Assembly (NCBI GenBank): GCA_012295275.1
Contig: CM022666.1
Coordinates: forward strand, 3,100,001-3,164,000
Source: Chrysomallon squamiferum
Lineage: Eukaryota > Animalia > Mollusca
Length of the DNA stretch: 64,000 bases
Direction: 5' to 3'
The first letter of the stretch is position 1; each line of letters opens with the position of its first letter. Of this stretch, positions 1 to 12,905 are shown in pieces. The position numbers and the translations under genes are program-made. The notes beneath the pieces were generated by a model. It saw only the letters and a list, made by a program, of their open reading frames with translations, was not told where the DNA came from and ran no database searches.

Positions 1-132
1 CAAAAGCTAAAACAAATCTAATAATTATGAATAAATATGTAACAATAACAAAAATACTACTATATCTACACTAACATTAGTAACAGTAAATAACAACAAT
101 AACAATAATAATAATAATAAAAAATAATAACA

Positions 133-338
133 ATAACCATCACAATGGAAATAGTTTAAACACTGATAAGTTATAAAAATTAATCATTAATTAAATATAA
201 GAAATGTTTTTACTAACTTGTTCAGAGAGAAGATGATAACCATCATAATGGAAATAATTAAAACACTGACAAGTTATAAAAATTACCTATTAATTAAATA
301 TAAGAAATGTTTTTACTTACTTGTTCGGAGAGAAGATG
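133..338. repeat. 103-bp tandem duplication spanning the COG3 exon 4 donor site
   Basis: 133-235 and 236-338 are near-identical (ATAACCATCA...AAGAAATGTTTTTACT[A/T]ACTTGTTC[A/G]GAGAGAAGATG). Confidence 0.9.
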
Positions 339-486
339 TTCACAGGCGTCATGCAGTGCGTTGGTTTTGGTGGACACGTTCACGTACTGATGGTTCAGAT
401 CGTCTAAGTACTTCAGAGCGTGTAACACCTCACTGTAGATGTTGTTACACTGCTCTTTGTACGATGTCAGTTCAACGATGTAGTTC
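321..486 (-). CDS. COG3: COG3 coding exon 4 (NYIVELTSYKEQCNNIYSEVLHALKYLDDLNHQYVNVSTKTNALHDACEHLLSEQ); gene continues beyond window start
   Basis: Acceptor TTTATTCAG|, donor CAA|GTAAGT; 166 nt, phase 2-0, in frame with exon 3. Matches the COG3 Sec34 region QYLFVSNKTGTLHEACEQLLKEQ. Confidence 0.96.
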
Positions 487-1092
487 CTGAATAAAAAATA
501 TAAAAGATTTTTTTTTTATGAATAAATAAAAATAAGTAAATATAAAAAAAAAAAAAAAAAAATAAAGTAAAATAAAATTAAAAAAATAAGCGAGTAAATA
601 AAACCAAAAAATAAAAATATATAAATATAGTGGTTGTTATAGCAGAATAAAAAAGATATACAACATTTAGAGCTATTAACTAAATAAAAGAAAATAATAT
701 ATATATATTTTTTAAAGTTAATTTAAAGAGATCTATAATAGATGGTGTGTATAAGATCATAAAAAAAGATACATGTACAAGATACTATAAAGCATACATA
801 TAAAATATCATATTTAATTATTTTTTAAAGATTTAAGAAAAGTGTATAACCTATTATTTTGATGCACATGAAAAAAGTAACTTTCCATATCATATTTGTG
901 AATTTTTATCCTAGGAGAATTTAATTTAAGAAAGTAAAAACTGTTTAAAACTAATTTAATTAAATATGGTTGCTATGACATTATAATTTGATTACAGAAT
1001 TCTATATTCGTGAGTTTTAATTTCACAATGGAATTTTAAGATAATAAAAAATAAACAAAATCTGCTTGTATTTTTTTAATGTTCTTATTCAC

Positions 1093-1154
1093 CTGTACTG
1101 GCTTTCTTCTTCATGTTCCAAAGCATCTTCCAGTTCAGAAAACCAAGAGAAAAA
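1093..1154 (-). CDS. COG3: COG3 coding exon 3 (FFSWFSELEDALEHEEESQYR)
   Basis: Acceptor TTTTTCTAG|, donor AG|GTGAAT; 62 nt, phase 0-2. Carries the diagnostic COG3/Sec34 QQFFSWF motif across the exon 2/3 junction. Confidence 0.95.
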
Positions 1155-1475
1155 CTAGAAAAATCAAAAAATGCTATCATTATAATTATTAGCATTATAG
1201 GTGTGCCAAGAGAAATGAAATAATGAATTGATAATAAGATATTTTTGAAATGACAATATTCAAATACTTTAAAAAACAAATATTTCAGTTAATAAAATGT
1301 TTAAAATGCTTTTTCAAATTTTTAAATGTTTTCAGTAAAACAACAAAATACAGTGTCTCATTTAAAAAAATATAAAATATTTTTTTTTTTTATAAATTAG
1401 CAATATATTTCTAATTCTAATAAAAGTTGAATATGTTGAATTTGTAAAGTAGTTTTCCATTTTATTATGGTTTAC

Positions 1476-1604
1476 CTGTTGAGCATTTTCAACTTTGGCA
1501 CCACCCATAAGAGAGTTGATAAACTGAGCTGACAAGTCATTTTCTGCTGCTGTTGTGTCTGGCACTGTCTGGGCAATGCCAGTAGAAACATCATCAGCTG
1601 GCAA
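1476..1604 (-). CDS. COG3: COG3 coding exon 2 (LPADDVSTG...GAKVENAQQ)
   Basis: Acceptor TTTTCAG|, donor CAG|GTAAAC; 129 nt, phase 0-0. Begins LP and ends VENAQQ, matching COG3 LPIEDL...IETAQQ. Confidence 0.93.
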
Positions 1605-2064
1605 CTGAAAATAAAATATTTTGCAATACTATAAAAAAATCTTATATATCAAATATTATCATTATATGTATAGGTAAGTATAAATATATCTGTATGTGCA
1701 TGTTGTTATTTTTACAGTCAGCTGTTAACGGTAAAATTTAATATACTGCCAAGATAATTGCTGTGTTATATATGTCTTATTACACTTGGTAGTTGGTATA
1801 ACTATTAACACTGGTTACACTAACACTGTAAACAAAAACAGCCATACTTTGTCAAGAATAATTATAAATTATGAGTGGCAGTATGATAAATAAAATTTAT
1901 AAAATATTCAGAATTAAATGAAGCTTTAAACATATACACTGATGAATGTGGTGTAGTAACTAACATGTCACTTTCACTTGTCAAGATGTCACTGTCACAG
2001 TGAAAATGAAACAGAAATCAATGCAATCGTTTGGAAAAAATTACAATTACTGTAGTAACAATAC

Positions 2065-2211
2065 CTCTTTGGGAAACGGTCTTTGCGTTGTTACAGCCGT
2101 AAGCTCCATCAGAACATTTTTCTGCTTGTCTGACAGTGGTGCTTTTGGATTTATTTTGCTTTCCCATAACGATAACCTGTCTCTAGCTTGTTTCATTGAC
2201 GTGTCGGCCAT
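2065..2211 (-). CDS. COG3: COG3 coding exon 1 (MADTSMKQARDRLSLWESKINPKAPLSDKQKNVLMELTAVTTQRPFPKE)
   Basis: ATG at 2211; 147 nt, phase-0 donor GAG|GTATTG. The translation parallels the metazoan COG3 N-terminus as I recall it (human AREKLALWD...APLTDRQTDSVLELKAAAENLPVPAE). Confidence 0.93.
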
Positions 2212-2360
2212 AGCGGAAATCGTTATTCTTTGATGTTTTTTCCTCCATTAATGTTGCCGGTCCGCGGTATTAATTTCGGCTTAAATTCCACCCAAAAATA
2301 GAATCACAGTCCTCGGTGTGATAGATTTAGTGAATTTACGCTATTTCGTCAATACATGGA
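2212..2360 (-). promoter_or_regulatory. COG3 5' UTR / core promoter region
   Basis: CpG-containing stretch immediately upstream of the COG3 ATG, in contrast to the CpG-poor introns. The TSS cannot be placed from sequence. Confidence 0.55.
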
Positions 2361-2707
2361 AAATTAGAGACTTTTTGAAATATAAATGCACCCATATTAC
2401 ATTATTTTAACACAAAATTTGTAGAAGTCAAAGACTCTGTCATAACATTTTATAAAACGTAAATTTAATTTAATCCTTTAATCACATAAGCATATGATAT
2501 GCGTCATTCATACGTTGTATGAAAATATTCGGCGCATATGACAAGTAATTCGTTAATTTGTTTTGACAGAGGAATTTGTCTCCTGTCATGAAAATGGCAA
2601 ATGATCTCTATCTTTGTCCATTATGTGATTAACAAGAGAAATTCTAGGAATGTCTACAACTAACTTGAAGGAGATGTCATAACTGATTCCGTTTTCAATA
2701 CTGAATA

Positions 2708-2746
<39 letters not shown>

Positions 2747-4123
2747 GTGAAAAATATAACAGATTACAGTAGTAACTCCAAATTATAATTATTTATCGAT
2801 TTCGTCAATGTAGCGTATGCTAACATTTTACTACTACTACTAATGCTGCTGCTATTAATATCACTTTTGCTATTATTACCACTACTGCTTTTGTTGTCAT
2901 TATTATTACAATGTTTTTGTTTTGTTGTTGTTGTCTTTTCAATGAAACGTACAGTAAACTATTTAATATTATTTTGTATTATTTGTTGTTGTTTTTTCAT
3001 GCGAAAGAAGGGTTCAAATAACATATCCCAAACGGCTATGTGGCCCCATCATTTAGGGTCTGAGACAGCCAGAACAAAATATTAAAATAAAAATGTTATG
3101 ATAAAATTTATTTATCAAACTGGTATGCATTATGTTTATTTTGCGATTTAGAAAAAAAAACAAAAAAAAACAAACATTTGGTACCAAAAACATTAAACAT
3201 TTCTTCGCACGACCCGAACCTTACTGGCGGAAATGACGTATTGGTGATTCTACTTTTCAACATTATTAGCAATGACGTTGGTGGCCGACATACGGATATT
3301 AATGGCGAACGATTACAGTACTGAATACAATCCGTAACAAATACATTTTATATTAATTAAAGCAAAAAATGTGCAAGTGACTTAAATCCAGAATTACGTT
3401 GAACGTACTGTACAATTTAACGTATTTGTTTTGCTTTTTTTTTTTTCCTGTATTTTTTTTCTGTAATTATTTATTTATCTTGTAAAGTAATATAAATATA
3501 TATTAAAATTATCTTTGAAAGACTGGATTTAACTTTCTTTTGAAAAGAAAGATTATGTAATCGTTTCGGAAATGTCAAAGGAGTTATACTTATTTAGCAA
3601 ACATTCTTTAACATTTTTGTTATATATATATATGTACGTATGTACTTATATACGTGTGAGGGATATATTCATGGTATTCTAGGAGAGTACTCCATACACC
3701 AAAGATAGGATTAATTCAGCAATATAATTATGGATCATAATGGGAAAATATTTGTTCTGTTCCGTCTTTTGAAACATTGTGGAAGTTTTTCCGAGATACC
3801 ATTGCACACCAGACGGCTAGATGTATCACGATATGTCAGAGGTGTGTGTGTCTGTTTGTCTGTTTGTTATCACAGACGAGAAACCATACTCAATGACCTT
3901 TGATAAAATAGTTGTGGCTGAAGCAGGAATCTCGCCGGTGTAATCAAAAATGACATTGGTTTAATGATAAAAAAAAAAAAATAAAAATAAAAATAAAAAT
4001 AAAAATAAAAAAAAAATAAAAAAATAAAATAAAATAAAACATGACAATAATAATAAAATAATAAATAAAAAAATAAAATTAAAAACAAAACAAGATAAAA
4101 AAAAAATTAAAATAATAATAAAA

Positions 4124-4186
<63 letters not shown>

Positions 4187-4677
4187 GTAGTAGTAGTAGT
4201 AGTAGTAATAATAATAATAAATAAATAAATAAATAAATTTTTTTTTTTAATAAAAAATGAAAATTTAAAGAATAAAATAAAATAAAATAAAATAAAATAA
4301 AATAAACAAATAAGGGACTAGATAATATACAAATACGTGTTCCATCCTACATCTTGAACCTGTGCACACATGAAGACAACTGGTCACTTGAAGCTTCGTC
4401 GAAACGCACAAGTCGCTTCGGGTTTAAACAATTAGGTATCATCGGTCGGTCAATCGAATACTCATTATCAAAAATTGTTTTCGCTTTCTCTAGATCTGCG
4501 TTCACGTATTTCTTGAGGTTGATAATGACATTGATCTTTCAAACTCGGGCTAATTACGCTGTAAAAGACAACAATTACTGCTTGCCGCGTTTCTCTCAAG
4601 TGGCTTAATGCGCATGGACAACTGATTTTCGTATCAGATTATCGATACTAGCATTAGAACGTCCAGAGTGATCGAAA

Positions 4678-4691
4678 CCACCTGGTGGCGC
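4678..4691. promoter_or_regulatory. CTCF-like motif CCACCTGGTGGCGC
   Basis: The minus strand reads GCGCCACCAGGTGG, matching the CTCF core CCACCAGGTGG; the 3' flank (TTT) is non-consensus. Confidence 0.4.
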
Positions 4692-5263
4692 ACGGAAAAG
4701 AAGACGCTCTTACTTCGGGAATACATTTTAATTAAACGAGGCAAAATTTCGTCTTTTTCGGCTTTTCCTCCATTTTTTTTTATAGAGCACTTCGGAAACT
4801 AATTTCTCCGAGCAAGCGAGATATCGACGTTTTTCTTTCGTGAAATTGAAATTCTGTTGCGCAGAAAATACTTTAAAGATAAACAGTTTGTACAGTACAC
4901 TTTACTGGAACGACCCCCACTTTACGAGATTTCAGTTTAATTACCTGGATTTTATTTATTGTATATTTTGAAAATAATTCTAGTAATAATGTATCTAACA
5001 TATGTGAACATAATGTTAACATTAATACACTTTTTAAAGTTTATTTATTTATTTATTTGGAATTTAAAAATGATACGTTTTAATTTAAAGTCCACAATGA
5101 TAGTTTACATCAATATTATCATCATCATCACTATGTTCTTCATGATCATCATCATCGTCAACATTATCATCATCATCATCATCATCATAATTAATCATAT
5201 TAATATGATTTTTCAGTCTATCATTTATCGTCTTCGGATTTAGAATTGATGATTAGAAAAAAC

Positions 5264-5349
<86 letters not shown>

Positions 5350-5967
5350 GGTGAAACAATCGCTAATCTGTCTGATTGTAAATTGTTTCTTTGTGCATGT
5401 CAAAATACGTGAACGAAAAACAGCTTCTGTTTGTCTCTTATCTCTGAGCTCTTTAGTCGCATATTTCTTCTTCTTCTTCTTCGAGTTGTCTATCTCTATT
5501 TCTGAACTAAGAAGGTTAATAAGATTTACTGAGCTTCCTTTTGTCTCTTACTAACCTAAAATAAAATTTACATTTTCGTTCATTGCGTTTTATCCCTTCT
5601 GGCAATCCTTGACGTCAACTGTCTTCCGCCATGCCTCTAAGGGAAACTACTCTAATTGAATTAGACATTTTGAATGCGTAAATAACAATGTCTAAGTAGG
5701 GGTTAATGCGTGTATTTCTCAGATAAGAAAGGAAGGAGAAGAGGTTATTCACTTTTGCCATTTTGTTTTTGTTTTTCTCATTTCCATTCAATTTCTTTTT
5801 TATGTTAATTTTTTTTTTTTTTTTTTTTTAAATTATGTAATGATTTATTTTATTTTATTTTATTTTTTAAAATGTCTTTATATGTAAAATGTAAAATGTA
5901 AAATAATATTTCTGATACAGACCGACTTCATTTTTCAGTGTATGTGTATCTGTGTATGCTTGTGCGC

Positions 5968-6050
<83 letters not shown>

Positions 6051-8585
6051 ACAGACACGCACACACACGCACATATGGACAGAACCACAGAAAAACACAT
6101 AAAAACATATACTGATAGAAAGAAAAAAAAATGAATGAAAGTAGATAAATGGATAGTAAAATAGCTAGGTGTTTCTGACAGGAGGAAGAAAGGAAAACCG
6201 ATAGAGAGACAGAAACAGGCAGACAGAGAGACAGAACGACGGGATCTAAGACTGAGACTACTGCAGACGTTATTTCCACACAGTCTGACAGGCACACATT
6301 TCTGACACGACTCTGTAATGTCCGAGCGGTCAGTTTATTTGGTCATTAGCTGGCGAAGACCGCGTAATGACATTACGACAAGAGAACACGAACTGGACAG
6401 CGATTCGCGTAATCAATATCGTAAAACCAAGACTGAGATGGAAATGATAGCCATTTCGCTTGACCATAATAGAAATCTTCTAGTGCTTGGTAATCACGGT
6501 CAATTTCGAATACACAAAAACTCAAGTTAAAATTTTTCCTGGCTGTCACGGGTCTGTTCAGTTCGATCGTCTGAAAGCTCAGAAAAAAAAAAAAAAAACG
6601 TAATGTAATGAAGGGAGGTAATTTCAGGGTTCTTCAAACGTAATCTCTATTAAAGGGGAGGTAAATTTAGGATTCTTCAAAGTTACAGGGAATTGGTCGC
6701 CAATTTTTGTTGCGGTGATTACAGGCTTCATTCTGTCTTGTTTCAACAGTCTGGGAAAGTTTTCGTGTTAGGTTTAGTGGTAAAGGATAAAGAGGAGGAA
6801 TTTTCTGAAAAAAAAAAAATAAGAATTTGGATTGAAAAAAAAAGTTTAAATGTTTATGAGTTTGGTCTATACAATGTAATCAGTTTTAATAAAGCGTACA
6901 TTTTATATATATATGTACGTGTGTGTGTGTATGTGTGTTATGTAGACGGATATATATATTTCGATTGTCAAAATATAGCCAAGATTTGAATATTTTGTAT
7001 TTTACTGCACACACGTTTGTTTTTCCCTGTGAATGTATACGCAAAAGTTAGAAAAATTTAACTTTTATTAAATAACTTAGAATACTGTTTTCTTATATTT
7101 CAGTTAATTAGCTTTACTGACCTGTTTATGTATGTAATGTATGTATGAATGTATGTATGTATATGTATATATATTTAAGAATATATGTATGCGTGTATGT
7201 CGGTATTGTGTGACTGTGTGTTGTCTGCATATATGTATTTCAGCTCATAAACCATCCATTCATCTATATATATATCTGTCGCTCTACCTGTCTTTGTGCA
7301 AATGTATCTATTTGTTGATCTGTCAGATTATCTATCTGTTAGCTGTGTTTTTCTCTGTCTGTCTGTCGGTGTATATGTCTGAGTAACTACTTATCTATTT
7401 ACCTACCTATCTACTGTCAGTCAGTTTGTCTTTCTGTCTATCTATCTATCTATTTGTCTCTATCTGTGTCTCAATTTGTCTGTCTATTTATATATCTGTA
7501 TTCTATCTTCACATGCCTCAAACTGTGTTTACAAAACGTAATTAATTTTATTCGCTTTATCAGTCGGTTAAACTGGAGAATCATTCCACTGTACTCGCTA
7601 CAGCTGGAGCACGACCTCTGTCTGGGGTCAAGGTCAAACGGGCTTAATTAAGAAAACTCGATCACTGTCGCCACGAAAGATGGAAGAAAATAACGAAATT
7701 GAGGATGTCCGAAGATGGTCAATATTAAATTAATATCCAGTAAACATGCCAGACAATCCATTTATCCACTGCTCCTGTCTCTCGTATTGATTGAAGGTTA
7801 CGAGTTTCTCCGGAGCCTTCGGAATTAACGACGCCAGCCGAACGAGCACCGACCAATCGTAGAGCTCTGCCGAGATTTGTTCGTCCAATAAAACCGCTTG
7901 ATCGGGTCAGTCGTTGCAAATCCGCACGACCCCGAGAAATCAGAATGTCTTAATCGTGGACAAATCTGACGATAATGTCCCCAAATGGATTGCTGGCAAA
8001 ATATCCGATGACCGTATATATATGATTTGTTTTTAAGTTGTTTTTTTTTTTTCGTTCTTATGATTTTTTTTTTTTTTTGCAGGTGGGTTTTCATGTTCAT
8101 TCTGATTTCTTTCTTAGAAGAGTATTTAATGGGTTTTGGGAAGATAATTATCTTTGATAAAGCAAATGATAAAGTAAATTATCTGTAATTAAGTAAATCC
8201 ATGAGAAATATATACTATAATTAAAAATTAGCTGAACACTGAGGTGAAATTAATAAAAGTACAAGGTGCAGAGTCAGAATTGACAAAAAAAAGAAGAGAT
8301 TCTGCTTTCTCCTGTATATCGGTATATCAATATATCTATATCTATATCTATATCTATATAAACTTTAAACAAAAAGCAAGAAATCCTATTATTTATCCAG
8401 ACTGACAATGTTAGACAAACGAAGAGACTCAGGAGACAATAACAGAAAATTATTTAGACAGATGACTAGATAACAGATAAGGAGAAATGGAAAATGGACC
8501 AAACAGAGTCAAAGATAAACGGATAAACTGGCAGGCCAATAGAAAAAGAAAAGAACGAAATATAGCTTAATAATCGAAGAGAAAC

Positions 8586-8681
<96 letters not shown>

Positions 8682-10074
8682 GAAATATAAAGACTTTTCA
8701 TTTTGTATAAATTATCGACTTCTACTGCAGAATGTTTATCCCGTATAACATTCTATATATAGTCTCATTTAAATGTAAATTTAGAAAATAAATTACTAAC
8801 GACAATATCATCCTTTCCCGCGCAGTGTCATTTAAACGTCTGCCGTATTTTCAAAATGGCCGCTCTGAGACGTTTCTTTCTTCTTCTACGGTTTTGTCTT
8901 TTTCTTCTGTAGAAAGGAGAGAGAGAAATTTTTTTTTAGTGGAAACTTCATTTTAAGAAAGACATACATCCATCCAGTGATGTAAATTGAAAAATCGAGT
9001 CACAATGTCTTACAAAATTTCTTTTTTAGGTTTCGTTTTAAATCCCTCTCCACTCATATTGATTTTCAATGAGACCAAAAAGATTGAGTGATTTTGTTGT
9101 GGGAAATATCTCCTAAGAGGGCTGTATATTTTGTTTTAGTCTGCTATTTGATCTCGACAAGACGAAAGACAGTACGCAGAGCAAAGAATAAAAAATGAAA
9201 ATGGAGAGAGAATTCGTGAAAAGTCAATTTTTCAGAAGATTAAAAACGTTCAATAGATTTCTGTCGTTTCCTTGTAAGAGTAAATTTTTATTTTTGTTAC
9301 TTAGTACAGTTTGGGCACGCACAAATACTGCATTCTGAGTGAAAGAGATAGAAATAGAGATAGACAGGTTTCTTTCGTTCTCTCTCTCTCTCTGTACAGA
9401 TATATACATAGAAAAAGAGAGAGAGAAATAGAGAGAGAGAGGAAGACAGGGAGAAAGAGAAGAAAAAAAAGAGAAAGAGTAAGACAGATAATAAAAAGTA
9501 ACAAGAAAAATAAACTTATAAATACATGTAATATTTGCTCTTATTATTTGTTTAATTCTTGTTTTTGTTTTTTCAAAACAGATAAACTAATGAACATCAG
9601 ACATTCTGTTTATCACATTTAATATGCAAATATCGAACACCTGTCTGGCGGGGCGCAAAATCACATCTACCTCTCTTCTTGCAACTACACGCATGCGTAA
9701 CGTGAACTTCCGTCCTTTTGTCTGAATACGTATACACACACACACACATCCGGTCCATCGGTTCATTCTCGCGCATAGCCAAGACTGTACAATACTGTTT
9801 CATTAAGCACCATTGACTTGTTGTTCGCAGTGCATCACCCGTCGTTAAACCAGATCCAGTATAGCAGATATTTTAGCGAGCCTAGAGTCGTCAGCTAGTG
9901 TCTGTAACTAATAACTCAAAGCTAATAATTCTGCCATTAAATACGCGTGCGCATCACAACTGAATGCGCCGCTTGGTGCTAACCTTAGCGAGATTCCGGT
10001 CAGAACTGATAGGAAATTGAACCTCTGCCGAGTTGGAGCGAAGTGTAATAATAATAATAATAATAATAATAACA

Positions 10075-10292
10075 GTCTGTGGTTAACCACTGGCTTTTAA
10101 GACTGGGTTAGGTACTGAGTTCAAATCTCTGTCATTAGTCTAGCGGTTTTAACTCGTTGGATTATTACATTCTCACTTCTGATCTCTCTATCTAACATTC
10201 TAACACATTATAACGCTATTCATTACTATCTAAGGAAGTAACAACAAGGCTCCTGGTTTTTTTGTGTCCAAACAAGGCGTGCTTGAAGCTTT
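10075..10292 (+). mobile_element. Decayed tRNA-derived SINE-like element
   Basis: A-box-like GTGGTTAACC at ~10079 and B-box-like GAGTTCAAATC at 10117-10127, at Pol III type-2 spacing. No cloverleaf; ~170 bp body follows. Confidence 0.5.
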
Positions 10293-10554
10293 TTATTTTG
10301 TTTTTTATTTTTTTTGTTTTTAATAATAAAAAGAAATTTCCAATGACTTACTGACTGAAAACTTTAGTTCAGTAATAAAATGTTTTGGTTCATTTACATT
10401 GCTCGAAAAGGTCGAAACGTAATGAATCATTGGTAAAAGGTATTAGCCATTACTCTCTTGATATTTTAGTTCTGGTTTCTTGATTATAAAAAGGCAATAG
10501 TTCTTTTTTTAAAGTGATATTCTAAATAGGAGGTTATACAGCTATGCAGCATGA

Positions 10555-10800
10555 AGAAGAATAATGATGATAATAATAATAATAATGATGATGATGATGA
10601 TAATCATAATAATGAAGATGATGATAATAATAATAATAGCAATGATAATAATAATAAAAATAATAATGATGTTGATGATAATGATGATAATAATAATAAT
10701 AATGATTATAATAATAATGATGATAATAATGATTATAATAATAATAATAATGATGATGATTATGAAGATGATAATGCTAAATAAATAAAAAATAAATAAA
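10555..10800. repeat. Compound (AAT)n/(GAT)n trinucleotide tract
   Basis: Direct reading; it generates the poly-N/D and poly-I/M ORFs. Confidence 0.95.
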
Positions 10801-11239
10801 AAGAAGAAGAAGAAGTAAAGGAACCTAAAAATAAATAAAATAAAATAAAAGAATGAACACTAAACAACATTGCAGCAAAAAATTACATCAATTATTATAT
10901 ATCATACAGAAATAAATATATAAATAAGCTTATGCATTTATTTAATTTTAAATTAAAACACAGCTTAACTGTTTTAAGTAACTGTTGTAACATAACACAC
11001 AAGATACTTTTTTTTAAAAGAGTAATTTCCATCAATTGTTGCTACAAATCGTACCGTGTTATCGCGCCTTTAGCCTGATAAGCTTCGCGCGGTCAAAATC
11101 AAGGACAAAATGCCTCTAAGTGCATCACGTCACTTGAATAGTCAATAAATGGATAAGAACAAGCGTGAGTACTTATTACGTAAGAAATTTCTAGATATTA
11201 TCCTGAACTTTGTAAGTGGTCGAGAGTATAAATTATTTT

Positions 11240-11545
11240 ATTATTTGTCGATGTGATAAAATGACGTAATAATTTATCGATGACATAACTAAGTGATGTT
11301 ATAACTTATAAATATTATTTTGAACTGTTTAAATGACGGAGAGTATAAAATTACGGTATTAATAATAATTTATCGATAACGTAAAGTGTTGTAATAATTT
11401 ATCGATAGTATAAAATGACGCAATAATTATTCGATGGTAATACAGTAGTAATTTGTAAATAATCTTCCGAGTTTTCTATGCAGTCGATAATATAAAGTGT
11501 TGTAATATTTTATAGATTTTATACAATAATGTAACAATTTATAAT
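11240..11545. repeat. Degenerate ~29-30 bp minisatellite (TAATAATTTATCGATAGTATAAAATGACG-like)
   Basis: Recurrent AATAATTTATCGAT, TAAAGTGTTGTAATA and AAAATGACG blocks. Confidence 0.7.
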
Positions 11546-11578
11546 ATTACTGCAAACTTAGTAAAAAAAAAAAATATA

Positions 11579-11614
<36 letters not shown>

Positions 11615-12156
11615 TGTATGTATGTATGTGTATATATATATATATATATATAGTATAAAGTATAACAATAATAATTTATCAAAGATACAAAGTGTTTTAC
11701 ATACAGTACTTTGTAAAGGTTATTCTAAGCTTTGTAAACAGCAGTATAAAATATTGTAATATTATATACAGAGAAGACAACAGCATAATAATTTATAGTA
11801 TTATCCTGAGTTTTGTATAAGGTCGTTGGTGTGAAGTGAAATAAGAATTTATAGAAATCATGGGTTGGTATAAGGTATAAGAATGTTTTATTTTTTTTTA
11901 GATTTTTATTTAGTTTTTTTTTTTTTAAAGACAATTTTCATCGAGCATACAATAATAAAATAAAACTCACCTCTTTTGACAGTTTCTAAATTCTTAAATT
12001 CTTAAAGTAAATAAAAAAAAAAAAAAAAAAAATAAAAAATAAAAATAAATAAAATAAAATAGAATAAACACTAAAATTAAATAAATTAACAAAATGAAGA
12101 AAAGTTAATGTAAAATAAATAACAAAAACAAAATACTTAAAATTTAGTTGTTATTT

Positions 12157-12236
<80 letters not shown>

Positions 12237-12905
12237 ACACCAAAAATAACGCATCGATTTGCATTCATCCCGACTTATGATCGATCCAAAATCAATAATC
12301 GATTTTTTTTCCCCAGTTCTTCACTCTAACGACAAATTCATTCTCTTCCATTCATAAAACTCCGTACAGAGACTTCTTCGTCGGGATTACCTCCCTTGAC
12401 AGAGGCAAACATTTCAAAAAAAAAAAAAAAATTATTTGTTGGCGATAACCCAGTTTGGAATGCAACAACGCACCCACAAACGGAGCCGTAGCGGCTTAAA
12501 AATAGGTCAGCTGCGACAACATCTTTTGTGAAGTGACGTAGTCGGCTGGATTCACGATGTTGCGATCGATCGAGAGCAACCTGGAAATACCGACAACAAA
12601 TTAACAGTCGAAATTACGTGTCGGACAAGGCGCGATTGATACAGGCAAGGTCTGTCTAGGTTTTGCTCGATTCGCTACTCCGAGCTGGAGGAATAATATA
12701 CACACCACACACAACAACAACGTTAACTTCGCGGTCGAAGGCTGAAGTAGTTGTTCGAAAAAAACAGGAAACAGAGAGAGAGAAATGAGACAAGTTTGAT
12801 TCAAAGTTGGTTACGTTAACCGGAAAAAGGCTTTGTCTTTGTTGTTTTGTTTTTTTTGGTTTTTATTTAAAACGAACGAACAGACGGCGGTTTGGATTTG
12901 TTTTG

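Noticed and set aside
218-490. 90-aa + strand ORF
   Set aside because: It is the antisense shadow of COG3 exon 4.
9086-9100. AGTGATTTTGTTGT, matching the 3' part of miR-7
   Set aside because: The seed (GGAAGAC) is absent and there is no hairpin.
10551-10788. Asn/Asp-rich ORF resembling an acidic biomineralisation protein
   Set aside because: Pure (AAT)/(GAT) microsatellite with no signal peptide or exon context.
11971-12000. Minus-strand microexon candidate ending GAG|GTGAGT
   Set aside because: An isolated signal in low-complexity DNA with no supporting neighbouring exons.
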